From positions 335,123-399,122 of the forward strand of contig CP058602.1 of the NCBI GenBank assembly GCA_013426185.1: a DNA stretch of 64,000 bases. The letters are read 5' to 3'. This stretch comes from Candidatus Woesebacteria bacterium. Lineage in GTDB: Bacteria > Patescibacteriota > Microgenomatia > UBA8517. Position 1 is the stretch's first letter. The number at the start of each line of letters is the position of its first letter. Positions 27,957 to 38,430 of this stretch are shown here, piece by piece. A program made the translations under genes and the position numbers. Under the pieces are notes generated by a model. The model searched no databases. It worked only from the letters and a program-made list of their open reading frames with translations, and had not been told where the DNA came from.

Positions 27957-29021
27957 ATGGATAAAAAATTAAGTTTATTTTCAAAGATCAAGAAAAGCGC
28001 CTCAAAAATTTCAAGAAGAAGAATAACTAAAATTGCCATCTTTTTGGCGATTATTATTTTTGGCTTTGTTACTATTTCAAATCTAGTTCAACAAAAGAAA
28101 AAGGAAGCGGAGGCAGAAAAATTTACAGTTAAAAGAGGAACTGTATCCGAAGATTTAATTCTTTCAGGAAAAATAAAAGCCGAAGAAGACGCCCAGCTTT
28201 TCTTCCCCACTTCAGGAAAACTTGTTTGGGTGGGTGTTAAAGAAGGCGATTTTGTTAAAAAGGGACAAGCTTTAGCCTCGCTTGATAAAACCCCACTTAA
28301 CGCAGCCTACCAGCAGGCTCTAAATAACATCAGAATGTATGAAGCTAATGTTGAGGCAACTTATGACTCACTTAAGGGAAAAGATACTAGCGAAACATTT
28401 GCTCAAAAAGCAACCCGAACCACAAGTGAGGTGACAAAAGACAACGCCTATGACGCTCTTAAAATTGCCGAGTACAACCTCAAAAATGCAACTTTAATCG
28501 CGCCTTTTTCAGGATTTGTGACTTACCTTGCTAACCCTTTCTCAGGAGTTAATGTTTCCGCTGCCCAAATGCAAATTGAAATTGTTAACCCCCAAACAAT
28601 TTATTTTGAAGTTACAGCTAGCCAAGATGAGGTTACTAAACTTAAAGAAGGCCAAGAAGTGAAGATAATTCTTGACTCATTTCCTGAAAAAGAAATCAAA
28701 GGAAAAATTAGCTTTATCAGCCTTACTCCTATCAATATCCAAGAAGGCTCTGATTACAAAGTAAAAATATCCTTTACAAACCTCAAGGAAGAAGACTTGA
28801 AAAGCTTAAAAATCGGAATGACAGGAGATGCAAGATTCTCTCTTGAAAAAAGAGACGACGTTCTTTATGCCCCATCACAATTTATTAAAGCTGACAGAAA
28901 GGGGAAATATGTTAATCTCGGCTCGATCAAAAACAAGGTCTATATTAAAACCGGTCTTGAAGGCGAAGAATACACAGAAATAAAAGAAGGAGTCAAAGAA
29001 GGCGATATTTTGTATGATTAA
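27957..29021 (+). CDS. MacA/HlyD-family membrane fusion (adaptor) protein
   Basis: N-terminal TM, VKEGDFVKKGQALA lipoyl half-motif, APFSGFV, GMTGDA; start ATG 27957. Confidence 0.9.
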   Translation: MDKKLSLFSKIKKSASKISRRRITKIAIFLAIIIFGFVTISNLVQQKKKEAEAEKFTVKRGTVSEDLILSGKIKAEEDAQLFFPTSGKLVWVGVKEGDFVKKGQALASLDKTPLNAAYQQALNNIRMYEANVEATYDSLKGKDTSETFAQKATRTTSEVTKDNAYDALKIAEYNLKNATLIAPFSGFVTYLANPFSGVNVSAAQMQIEIVNPQTIYFEVTASQDEVTKLKEGQEVKIILDSFPEKEIKGKISFISLTPINIQEGSDYKVKISFTNLKEEDLKSLKIGMTGDARFSLEKRDDVLYAPSQFIKADRKGKYVNLGSIKNKVYIKTGLEGEEYTEIKEGVKEGDILYD

Positions 29022-29691
29022 ACTAGTTGATGTCTGCAAGACTTATTACCTTGGAGACGAAGAGGTAAAAGCAGTTTGTGATGTAGATCTTGAAATAAAA
29101 GACGGAGAATTCACAGGCATCCTGGGTTCTTCAGGTTCTGGCAAATCCACATTAATGTATATGATTGGACTCTTGGAGAAGCCGACAAGAGGCAAAATAA
29201 TTATTGATGGTCAAGATGTATCTAAACTTTCAGACGAAGAATTGTCTCATCTAAGAAACAGATATATCGGCTTTGTTTTCCAATCCTTCAATCTAATAAA
29301 TCGCTACACAGTTAAAGAAAATATCCTCCTGCCTGTTAAATATGCAAAAACAAAAATAGACTTTGATCCTGAAAAAAGAGCTGAAGATTTAATGAAAAGG
29401 TTTAATATTTACCAAAGACAAGATTTTTTCCCTAACAAAATCTCAGGCGGACAACAACAAAGAGTGGCAATTGCAAGAGCATTGATTCTTAAACCCAAAC
29501 TGATTCTTGCCGACGAACCAACAGGCAACCTTGATTCAAAAACGGGAGAGGAAATTTTAGATCTCTTGGCGGAGTTAAATAAAGACCTTGGTGTAACTGT
29601 GGTAATTGTAACCCACGAAAAAACAGTTGCTGATAGAACAAAAAGAAAGATTTTTATCAAGGATGGCAAAATAGTCAAAAAATATCTCTAA
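29014..29691 (+). CDS. ABC transporter ATP-binding protein (MacB/LolD type)
   Basis: GSSGSGKST, ISGGQQQRVAIARAL, ADEPTGNLD. Confidence 0.95.
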   Translation: MIKLVDVCKTYYLGDEEVKAVCDVDLEIKDGEFTGILGSSGSGKSTLMYMIGLLEKPTRGKIIIDGQDVSKLSDEELSHLRNRYIGFVFQSFNLINRYTVKENILLPVKYAKTKIDFDPEKRAEDLMKRFNIYQRQDFFPNKISGGQQQRVAIARALILKPKLILADEPTGNLDSKTGEEILDLLAELNKDLGVTVVIVTHEKTVADRTKRKIFIKDGKIVKKYL

Positions 29692-29692
29692 T

Positions 29693-30898
29693 ATGGCAGC
29701 ATTAAACGGATATAAAGACATTATTCAAGCAGCAATTTCTGACTTTAAGCGCAATAAGGTAAGGACCTTTCTTACCTCACTTGGTATTACCATTGGAGTC
29801 CTGGCGGTTGTGATGCTCATCGCCCTTGGTCTTGGTATTAAAAATTACATCAGAGAACAATTTGAAAGCTTGGGGTCAAACTTAATTACAGTTCTTCCAG
29901 GAAGCGGCTTTAGTGGCGGAGGTGGCTTTGGAGCAGGACTAGTAGGAGGAGGAGCCAAATTTGATGAGAAAGATATAAGAGAACTTGAAAGGATACCTGA
30001 GTTAAAATATGTTGTTCCCGTTTTTTTTAAAACATCAAGAGTTGAGGCCAATGGCAAAAAAGAGTTTGCCTATATAAGAGGAGTCAATGAAGACTTCTTC
30101 AAATTAAGAAATGTAAAAGTTATACGAGGCCGACAGTTTAATGCCTCCGAAAATCAGTCTAAAGCTAAAGTGGCTGTTCTTGGCTATACAATAGCAGAAA
30201 AACTGTTTGATAATCCAGATAACGCAGTTGGTAAAACAGTTAGGTTTGACAAACAAAGGTTTGAAGTAATAGGAATTATCGAAAAGAGTGGCAACAACGA
30301 ACAAGATTTAGGTGTTGTACTGCCTTATAAATCAACCTACGGAGGAATAAATCCCGACAAGACCTTCTGGGGAATAAATTTAGGCGTTGAATCCGAAAAA
30401 GATGTAGAAATAGCCAAGAAAAAGGTAAAAGAAGTTCTTCTTAAAAGATATAAGGAGGATGATTTTTCAGTTGCCGAGCAGACCGAGATACTTTCAACTA
30501 TCAATCAGATTTTTAATATCTTGAATTCTGTCCTTGTTGCTATCGGCTCAATATCGCTTCTTGTTGGTGGAGTTGGCATTATGAACATAATGTATGCTTC
30601 TGTCACCGAACGCACCAAAGAGGTAGGCATAAGGCGAGCAATTGGAGCAACAGAAAAAGATATCTTGCTTCAATTTATGGCAGAAGCAGTTTTACTTTCA
30701 GCTCTAGGAGGATTTTTAGGTCTTCTTATTGCAAATATAATCGTAATTTTGGTAAGACCATTCTTCCCTTTATCTATTAATCTCCTTTCGGTTGTTATCA
30801 CTCTAAGTGTTTCATCAGCGATCGGAATTTTCTTTGGTGTTTTCCCCGCCCGCCGCGCAGCAAAACTACCACCGATTGAAGCAATAAGATATGAATAA
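29693..30898 (+). CDS. MacB-family ABC permease
   Basis: RTFLTSLGITIG, GVGIMNIM, ERTKEVGIRRAIGA, PARRAAKLPPIEAIRYE. Confidence 0.95.
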   Translation: MAALNGYKDIIQAAISDFKRNKVRTFLTSLGITIGVLAVVMLIALGLGIKNYIREQFESLGSNLITVLPGSGFSGGGGFGAGLVGGGAKFDEKDIRELERIPELKYVVPVFFKTSRVEANGKKEFAYIRGVNEDFFKLRNVKVIRGRQFNASENQSKAKVAVLGYTIAEKLFDNPDNAVGKTVRFDKQRFEVIGIIEKSGNNEQDLGVVLPYKSTYGGINPDKTFWGINLGVESEKDVEIAKKKVKEVLLKRYKEDDFSVAEQTEILSTINQIFNILNSVLVAIGSISLLVGGVGIMNIMYASVTERTKEVGIRRAIGATEKDILLQFMAEAVLLSALGGFLGLLIANIIVILVRPFFPLSINLLSVVITLSVSSAIGIFFGVFPARRAAKLPPIEAIRYE

Positions 30899-32150
30899 AA
30901 ACTATAGAAATATCAAAAAATGCAGAAGTTGTGGATCAAAAAGACTTACAAAAGTAATATCTATAGGTCCTACAATAATTCCTAATTATTCCAAAAAAGA
31001 GAAAGATATAAAAATACCATTAGATCTTGTCCTTTGCAAAAACTGCAAACTACTACAACTCAAACAAACAACCAATCCATGCCTTCTCTGGAACGACAAC
31101 TACGGTTATCAATCTGGGATGAACAAATCTATGACCGAAGAAATAAAAGATATAGTGAAAGAAATAGAAAGAATCGTAAAACTAAAAAGTGGAGATGTTG
31201 TCTTGGATATCGGCTGTAATGACGGAACGCTGCTTAATTTTTACAAAAACAAAAACATCCACAGATTTGGGTTTGATCCGTCGGGAAATGTTCTTGAGAT
31301 AGCCAAAGAGAAGCTAAAAAAATACGGTACTAAAAACATAACTCTAATAAAAGATTTTTTTGCAAAAGAAATTTTCTTTAAAAGATCAAAACAAAAAGCT
31401 AAAGTCATAACTGCAATAGCAATGTTTTATGATCTAGATAATCCCAACAAGTTTGTTAAAGATGTTTATGATTGCCTGGATGAAAATGGAATACTAGTAA
31501 TACAGCAAAATTATCTTCTCAAGATGATAGAAAACAACGCCATTGACAACATTGTTCATGAGCACCTAACATATTACTCTTTTACCACACTAAAAAAAAT
31601 ACTTGATAGGCACAATCTTGAAACATTTGATATACAATTCAACAATGTAAACGGCGGGAGTTTCAGAACTTTTATCAGAAAAAAGTGTAGTAATATAGGT
31701 AACAACAGATACAAAATCAAGAATTTAGAAAATATACTTAAAAAAGAAGAAAAAATAACAAAAACAAGTTCTTATAAAAAATTTGTTGAAAGAACAACTA
31801 AAAATCTAAATAAGCTTAGAGAATTTCTTGAGAGGGAAACAAAAAAAGGTAAGAAAATATATATATATGGAGCTTCAACACGTGGACACACAATAACAAG
31901 CTTTCTAAAATTGGATAACACTTTAATTGGCGCAGCTGTTGACAAAAATCCTTTCAAGTGGGGTAAAAAGATAAGCAATACCAATATCCCAATTATCTCT
32001 GAAAAACAAGCAAGAAAAGAAAAACCTGATTACTTTCTAGCTTTGCCATGGTACTTCAAGAATGAATTTATAGAAAGAGAGAAAGATTTTATCAAAAGAG
32101 GTGGAAAATTTATATTCCCGTTGCCAAAAATGGAAATATTTCCAAACTAA
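30891..32150 (+). CDS. NDP-hexose C-methyltransferase-like SAM-dependent methyltransferase
   Basis: CRSC and CKNC Zn site, DIGCNDG, HEHLTYYS, GGSFR, YGASTRG. Confidence 0.85.
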   Translation: MNKNYRNIKKCRSCGSKRLTKVISIGPTIIPNYSKKEKDIKIPLDLVLCKNCKLLQLKQTTNPCLLWNDNYGYQSGMNKSMTEEIKDIVKEIERIVKLKSGDVVLDIGCNDGTLLNFYKNKNIHRFGFDPSGNVLEIAKEKLKKYGTKNITLIKDFFAKEIFFKRSKQKAKVITAIAMFYDLDNPNKFVKDVYDCLDENGILVIQQNYLLKMIENNAIDNIVHEHLTYYSFTTLKKILDRHNLETFDIQFNNVNGGSFRTFIRKKCSNIGNNRYKIKNLENILKKEEKITKTSSYKKFVERTTKNLNKLREFLERETKKGKKIYIYGASTRGHTITSFLKLDNTLIGAAVDKNPFKWGKKISNTNIPIISEKQARKEKPDYFLALPWYFKNEFIEREKDFIKRGGKFIFPLPKMEIFPN

Positions 32151-32821
32151 CTTTTCTTACCTACAATCACACAATAAGTAAAAAAATCTCTAATTCCAAA
32201 ATAGAATTCTAAAAGTTTAAATCCGGAAAGCCTCAAAATTTTCTCAATATGTTCTTTCGATCTTATTCTAGTTAATTCTGTGGGGTGGAAGTTAACCTTT
32301 CTTTTGGGAAGAATCAAAGAAACAAATCGATGAAGAATCTTAAAAAATAAGACACTTGATCCAAATTCCGGAGGCCAAAAAATAATTATCTTACCATCTT
32401 TTTTTAAGACCCTTCTAAATTCCTTTAATATCTTTAATATATCATCTTCAGAATAATGTTCTAAGACTCCAAGATTATAAACACCATCAAAATAATTGCT
32501 ACTAAAAGAAAGCTTTTTAGTGATGTCGGCTAACACGAGCTCTCTTGCATTTGGGTTTACCTTTCGATAACTTACAAGAGCTTTCCTAGAAAAATCAACA
32601 GCAGTAATATCAAAATAATCTCTCACAAGCCGATCTGTCTCCCCACCACCACAACCCGCATGTAAAAGGAAAGCCCCTTTTGAAAAATATTTTTTGAGGA
32701 AATATGCTTCAAGTTTTGAAATTAGAAATCTCCTGTAGAACCAAGCAACAGCATCGTAAAAAAAACGCCTTTTTGTGTGGCTCCAATAAATCTCCCATTC
32801 TCTCTGGTAATTTCTTTTCAT
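32147..32821 (-). CDS. Class I SAM-dependent methyltransferase
   Basis: LHAGCGGG, VDFS, GVLEH, EFRRVLKKDG. Confidence 0.85.
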   Translation of the reverse strand: MKRNYQREWEIYWSHTKRRFFYDAVAWFYRRFLISKLEAYFLKKYFSKGAFLLHAGCGGGETDRLVRDYFDITAVDFSRKALVSYRKVNPNARELVLADITKKLSFSSNYFDGVYNLGVLEHYSEDDILKILKEFRRVLKKDGKIIIFWPPEFGSSVLFFKILHRFVSLILPKRKVNFHPTELTRIRSKEHIEKILRLSGFKLLEFYFGIRDFFTYCVIVGKKS

Positions 32822-33552
32822 CTAACAAGCAAACTATCTCTAAAAAAATAAGTCTTGAAAATGAGTCTTGCCATAACTAAAAAATGCCTAAAAAAATCAG
32901 ATGCTCTTAGTTTGCTACTCCCTTTTCTCCTTTCAATCATAACAACTGGCACCTCTCCTATAATTACCCCATTCATCTCTAAAATTTTAAGGCTCTCAAA
33001 GAAAAATGAATAACTATTAGATGAAATAGGTTCAAAAAGCCTCTTTGAGATTCTATCAAGACGATATATCCGAAAAGAATTAGAGGTGTCAACCTTTAGA
33101 CCGAGAGCCAGTCTAACCAAAAGATGATTCAGAAAAGTAATAACTTTCCTTTTCAGACTCCACCCAATCATACTATTTTTCAAAAGATGACGCGAGGCAA
33201 CAACTAAATCATATTTTTCTGAAGCCTTAATCAAATCCTTAAAATAAGAAGGAGAGTGTGTCAAATCAGCATCCATAGTAATAAGTCTGTTGTATCCTTT
33301 CTGATAAGCCCAATTTATGCCATCAAGATGTGCACTCCCTATTCCTTTCTTGCCCCCCCTTTCAAGGACAAAAATGTTATCGTAAGACAAGCAAAGTCTT
33401 TTAAGAGCATCTATTGTGCCATCATAAGAACCATCATCCACCACCAAAATGTCTAAATCAGGGATTCTAAGTCTTTCTATTTCCCGAATAAGAGTTCCTA
33501 TATTTTCAAACTCATTATAAGTAGGAATTAGAACCAAAATTTTATTCTTCAT
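32818..33552 (-). CDS. GT2 polyprenol-phosphate mannosyltransferase-like
   Basis: IPTYNEFENI, VDDGSYDGT, MDADLTHSP. Confidence 0.9.
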   Translation of the reverse strand: MKNKILVLIPTYNEFENIGTLIREIERLRIPDLDILVVDDGSYDGTIDALKRLCLSYDNIFVLERGGKKGIGSAHLDGINWAYQKGYNRLITMDADLTHSPSYFKDLIKASEKYDLVVASRHLLKNSMIGWSLKRKVITFLNHLLVRLALGLKVDTSNSFRIYRLDRISKRLFEPISSNSYSFFFESLKILEMNGVIIGEVPVVMIERRKGSSKLRASDFFRHFLVMARLIFKTYFFRDSLLVR

Positions 33553-35186
33553 ATCCTGCGGACAAAAAGAGTTAGTTTTTCAGAATCATTACTTGGTTCA
33601 ATTGGCTTATAAAGGTGTTTTAATTTTAATGTATTCTCGGGGATATTATTTACAGGATAATCATAGACATCTAGCACCACCTTCTCATAATTAGCTTTTG
33701 ACAAGTAACTTTCAAGCTCTTTTACAAAATTTGGCCTGTTTTTCCTGATTACAACTACATCAGGAGTCTCTTTTAAATCGCTCTCTAAGTTATTCCCTAC
33801 ATAACCAACTACAACTTTTGCATTCAAATAATACATCAAAACGTACTCTTCATAATTCGTAGCTATTACAAGCTTTGAAGGATCGGGGTATCTTCTTGAT
33901 ATATAAGAGACAAGATTGTCCATCGCACCTTGAAAAGGATGGAAAAGCTCATAAATGTGGCCCTTAATATGGTCTATTTTAAAAACAGAATTAAAGATAA
34001 GAAAGGTAAATATCAAATATAAAAATCCCCATCTAACATACGATGATCTAAATTTACCTAAAAAGTCAAAGATGAGAAAGATAGACAAAACAAGAAAAAT
34101 AATAAAAAATGGCTGAAGAAAAATATAATACCTCTCAAAAAAATAAGGAATTTTTGAGACTACAAATGACGATATCAAGATATACAGAAAAATGAATAAA
34201 ATACCCAAGACTAAATTGTTTGTCAAAGAAATCTTCTTTTTAATAATCATAAAAAATAATAAAATTAACAAGGAAAAACTAACGGGAAGATATTCCGACT
34301 TCGCAAAAAAAAGAGCCACCATCTTTAAATTTAATATGAACTGGCCAAAATTATAAGAAAAATTATTTGAGACGGCAGATGAAATTTTAAAAAATTCAAA
34401 AAAGGATAGATAAAAAACCAAAGGAACCAAAATAGAAAACAGGTATAAATTCTTTAAAAGGATATTACGAAAATTCTTACCCCTAACAATGTCCAAAATA
34501 AAAATCAAAAAGAGAAAAATATAAGAAGATAGAAAAGCAGGAAGATAAACATTCATCAAAATCAAAATTAAAAAAAACATGCTGATTTGAAAAAATAGGT
34601 TATTAAAATCTTTAGCCACCAATTTTTTAACATTTAACAAAAACATCAAAGAGATTAAAAAGATTGTAAGAGAATAATGCCTCATCTCACGCAGGTGCAA
34701 AACAAGTGGTATTGATAAAATCTCAAAAAAAAGAAAAATGTCAACAAACAAAATCTTCTTTTCTTTTTCTTTGAAAAACAGACTGCTAGCAAAAGCAAAA
34801 ATTAATATTCCAATATACCCCAAAAAAGCAAAGGGAAAACGTAAAATAAAAGTTTTAACATAGGGATCAGAAAACCTATCTGCCAAAAAAACAAAAGGTG
34901 CTGCAAAATAATAAGCACCCCAAGATGAGATATAAATCCAAGCATCGCTTCCTTTCTTTATCCCAATAGATAAATCCTTTGTTTCTGAAACATTCAAAAC
35001 ATTTTTTCCGAAATGGACCTTTGGATAACCATAAGCTATTATGCTTTTTCCATACATTGCCGTCTCTGCTTCGTCATTCCAAAGAATTCCGTATTGCAGG
35101 TTCTTAAAAATACTAAAAGCTAAAATTAAACTCAAAAAAAAGAGAGAAAATAGCAAAAAATAAAAATAATTATTTCTAGTTTTCAT
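33549..35186 (-). CDS. Membrane GT-C fold glycosyltransferase
   Basis: LWNDEAETA loop after TM1, REMRHYSL; multi-TM. Confidence 0.7.
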   Translation of the reverse strand: MKTRNNYFYFLLFSLFFLSLILAFSIFKNLQYGILWNDEAETAMYGKSIIAYGYPKVHFGKNVLNVSETKDLSIGIKKGSDAWIYISSWGAYYFAAPFVFLADRFSDPYVKTFILRFPFAFLGYIGILIFAFASSLFFKEKEKKILFVDIFLFFEILSIPLVLHLREMRHYSLTIFLISLMFLLNVKKLVAKDFNNLFFQISMFFLILILMNVYLPAFLSSYIFLFLIFILDIVRGKNFRNILLKNLYLFSILVPLVFYLSFFEFFKISSAVSNNFSYNFGQFILNLKMVALFFAKSEYLPVSFSLLILLFFMIIKKKISLTNNLVLGILFIFLYILISSFVVSKIPYFFERYYIFLQPFFIIFLVLSIFLIFDFLGKFRSSYVRWGFLYLIFTFLIFNSVFKIDHIKGHIYELFHPFQGAMDNLVSYISRRYPDPSKLVIATNYEEYVLMYYLNAKVVVGYVGNNLESDLKETPDVVVIRKNRPNFVKELESYLSKANYEKVVLDVYDYPVNNIPENTLKLKHLYKPIEPSNDSEKLTLFVRRI

Positions 35187-35190
35187 CTAG

Positions 35191-36843
35191 TCAAAATTCA
35201 GCCCCTCTAAGTTTCGCTTGATAAAGATAATAGTCAGCTTTTTCCCGATCGCCAATCTCGCCATAATAAACAGCTAAACCCTTAAGTGCGTCTTTGTGAT
35301 CAGGGTTAATCAAAACAGTCTTAAGCCACATCTCAGCTGCTTTTTGCTTTTCATTTTGACCCCAATACAAAAGGCCTAAATTAAAAAGAGCGTTATCATA
35401 ATTGGGATTAATTTTAAGCTCAAGCTCAAACTCTTCTTTAGCTTTATCAAAATTGTTCTCTCTCATATAGATTAAGCCCAGATTGTTGTGAATCATAGGC
35501 TCTTCAAAATTAATTTCAACCGCCTTAAGGAATTCTTGCTTCGCTTTGTCGTACTCATGATCAAGATAATACATTGCCCCAAGATTCTTATGAGCCAAAG
35601 GATGAGAAGGAGAAGTTTTAACTGCTGAAGTCCAGAAAGAAATCTTGTCTTTAAATTTGTTGCTATGCCAGATATTTAGAATTGAAAAGATAACAATAAT
35701 CAAAACAAAGATGAAGTTCACTAACGGCTTACTAAAATCAATCTTTTCAAAAAATGAAAGACTGGAGAAAATCACAAAAATACCAACTAAGGGCAAATAA
35801 ATTCTATGCTCCAAAAAATCAGGCACATAACCGGAAGGTCTAATAAAAGAAGGTAAAAGAAAAATCAAAAACCACAATAAGCCAAAAGTAATTAAAGAGT
35901 AATTTTTCTTCTTTGAGAAAATAAATAAAACCAAGATTAAAACAAGAGAAATAAAACCATAAACCAGAGTTGAATCTTGCAAAGTGGGCAAAACAGAAAG
36001 ATTGAAGGGCAAAATAACTTTCCCAATATAAAGAATTACAGCTTCAAGATTGTCAAAAATGCTCTTGATAGAACCCAAAATTGAGTAAGGAACAGGACTT
36101 GATAAAAGAGCTATGCTTCTTAAATAAAACCAGACACTAAATATAACTATCCACCCCAAAAACAAAACAGGCAAAATATTAACAAAAAGATTCCTCTTAT
36201 CAGAAAGTAATAAACCATAAAACAAAACCAAAACCGGGATAAATATAGATGACTCTTTTGTAAATAAAGCCAAAGCAAAAAATAGAAGATAAAGCCATAG
36301 ATAGTAACTTTTTCTTTTTTCAAAAAAACTAATCAAGAAAATAAAGGACGGTAAAACAAAAAAAGCCAAAAGAGAATCGTTTCTACCAGGAAGCCAAGCA
36401 ACCGCCTGAACCAAGACGGGGTGAATAGCAAAAACAACAGCCCATAAAAAAGAAAGCTCCCTTTTAATTTTTAATTTATTAAGAAAGATAAAAACAAAAA
36501 TGGAGGTTGAAAGATGAATTAATACATTTGTCAGATGATAAAAAAAAGGATTATTCCCTGAAATTAAAGCGTCAAACATATAAGAAATGGTCAAAAGTGG
36601 GCGATAATAAGCAGCTGATGAATGCAGTACATGGAAGACCTCAATTGTAAAAGCTTTGAAAAAGTTATTTATATCTTTCAAGAAAAAGAGATTATCAAGA
36701 ATCAGGACATTATCGTCAAAATAGGTAAAACCGAAAGAAAGACTTCTTACATAAACGAAAAAACCAAATCCTAAGATCCAAAGATAAGGTCTTTTACCCT
36801 CAAGGAAAATTTTAGAAAATTCAAAGTTTTTAAATTTATTCAT
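35191..36843 (-). CDS. TMTC-like protein O-mannosyltransferase with C-terminal TPR repeats
   Basis: FDD, YYRPL, HPVLVQAVAWLPGRND, KE, EHRIYLP, then TPRs (AHKNLG, IHNNLG, ALFNLG). Confidence 0.8.
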   Translation of the reverse strand: MNKFKNFEFSKIFLEGKRPYLWILGFGFFVYVRSLSFGFTYFDDNVLILDNLFFLKDINNFFKAFTIEVFHVLHSSAAYYRPLLTISYMFDALISGNNPFFYHLTNVLIHLSTSIFVFIFLNKLKIKRELSFLWAVVFAIHPVLVQAVAWLPGRNDSLLAFFVLPSFIFLISFFEKRKSYYLWLYLLFFALALFTKESSIFIPVLVLFYGLLLSDKRNLFVNILPVLFLGWIVIFSVWFYLRSIALLSSPVPYSILGSIKSIFDNLEAVILYIGKVILPFNLSVLPTLQDSTLVYGFISLVLILVLFIFSKKKNYSLITFGLLWFLIFLLPSFIRPSGYVPDFLEHRIYLPLVGIFVIFSSLSFFEKIDFSKPLVNFIFVLIIVIFSILNIWHSNKFKDKISFWTSAVKTSPSHPLAHKNLGAMYYLDHEYDKAKQEFLKAVEINFEEPMIHNNLGLIYMRENNFDKAKEEFELELKINPNYDNALFNLGLLYWGQNEKQKAAEMWLKTVLINPDHKDALKGLAVYYGEIGDREKADYYLYQAKLRGAEF

Positions 36844-38392
36844 CTTTCAATCTATATAATAACAGACTAGCTTGTTTTAGTTGATCTTCTGCTACTTTAT
36901 CAACCCATACAGGACCACTGTTCCCCCAAAACACAGCTCCTAAAAGATAATAATCTTTACTAATTAGATCTTTTATGTAATCCAAAAATATTTTTGGCGA
37001 ATCCTTTTCCCAAAGCCCACTTGTATCTTTATTTGAGTAAACTATGATCCTAGGTTTATTTCTACTTAGTTCTTTAACCACTTCAGTCTGATAAATTTCT
37101 CTTTTAGGCGAATAAATGTTTAAAGGATAGGTAATAATAAACCTAGTTGGTGATAATCTTTGAGAATAAAAATAAATCTGGGGTTCACTACCGGCTACAA
37201 AAATTTTATCGGAATAATTGGAATTCTCAACAACTTTTTGAGCCACAAGCTTTGATTCATTAAAGGGATTTTCCAGGCCATAAATCCAAATTCCTAATTC
37301 ATCTGGTGTTAGACCAAATTGCATCCTCAACGGATAAATTAAAAAAAACAAAAGTGCTAAAAAAATATACCAAAAAGACAACTTAATGCTTCTTCTAATC
37401 AATAAATAAAAATCCCAAAGAGCAAAAGAAACTGCTAAAGACAAAAAAGGCATCAAGACAAGATAATAATGTCCGATTGTCGTTCTTAATGTTGCCACTA
37501 AAGAAAATAATAAGAGTCCAAAAATTAGTCTTTTGTCCTTATTTTTCGAGAATAGAAAAAGTAAAAGAAAAACAAATAGAATCCACCAAACACGCACTAA
37601 CTTTTCCATCTGAAGATAAAACCCAGAAAGGCCATAAGAATTCCAAACTTGAGAATAGTAAAGGTTAAACTGCCAAACGCTTTCAAGAAGATAGATGATT
37701 TTGCCAGATATCAAAAACGGCAAAAGTACAAAAAAAGACAAAACCAAAAATCCCAATAAAAAGCCAAAAAACATCCTGAAAACAACTTTCAGACCAGCCT
37801 TACTCTTAAAAATTTCATAAGCCCAAAAAAGATGCAAAAAGAAAAGTGGAAAAAAGGCAATTGGCTTATAAAGAATAGATAAAGAAGAAAACATACCAGA
37901 AAAAAACCATACCACAAAAGAAGCTTCACTCCTATAGTAAAAATAAAGTCCAAACGAAGCCACTAAAAATAGAATCATAAAAATTTCAGTATTAGCAGCA
38001 AGAGCGGTAAAATGAGGAAAACTTAAAGTCAAAACGGAAAGAAAAGAAACCATCCAACCCAAATTAGAATTATACTTCTTGGAAACCACAAAACCCAAAA
38101 TTAAAGCCGTCAAAAAAACAGAAATAAAAGCAAGCAAACGAGGCGCCCAAAGAGAATTTACACCCACTAATTGAGCCAAAAAATAGGTATAAATAATCAT
38201 CGGCGGTTTTTGCAAAAAAGAATTTTCATAAGGCATTATTCCACGCCTTAAAATCCAAGCTGAATAAGCATATTCACCTTCATCTCTTTCAAAAGGCATT
38301 TCAAAAGAATTCCAACGAAGTAAAAGCAAAAATAAGAAAAGAACGGTCAAAAAAATAATATTCTTCAGGGTAAATGCTTTTTTTAGATCCAT
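36836..38392 (-). CDS. ArnT/PMT-like membrane glycosyltransferase
   Basis: ERDEGEYAY, QKPP, ANTEIF; multi-TM. Confidence 0.8.
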   Translation of the reverse strand: MDLKKAFTLKNIIFLTVLFLFLLLLRWNSFEMPFERDEGEYAYSAWILRRGIMPYENSFLQKPPMIIYTYFLAQLVGVNSLWAPRLLAFISVFLTALILGFVVSKKYNSNLGWMVSFLSVLTLSFPHFTALAANTEIFMILFLVASFGLYFYYRSEASFVVWFFSGMFSSLSILYKPIAFFPLFFLHLFWAYEIFKSKAGLKVVFRMFFGFLLGFLVLSFFVLLPFLISGKIIYLLESVWQFNLYYSQVWNSYGLSGFYLQMEKLVRVWWILFVFLLLFLFSKNKDKRLIFGLLLFSLVATLRTTIGHYYLVLMPFLSLAVSFALWDFYLLIRRSIKLSFWYIFLALLFFLIYPLRMQFGLTPDELGIWIYGLENPFNESKLVAQKVVENSNYSDKIFVAGSEPQIYFYSQRLSPTRFIITYPLNIYSPKREIYQTEVVKELSRNKPRIIVYSNKDTSGLWEKDSPKIFLDYIKDLISKDYYLLGAVFWGNSGPVWVDKVAEDQLKQASLLLYRLKDE

Positions 38393-38430
38393 AAATAGCT
38401 TTTAGATACGAAAAAGTTTAAAATAAGGCT

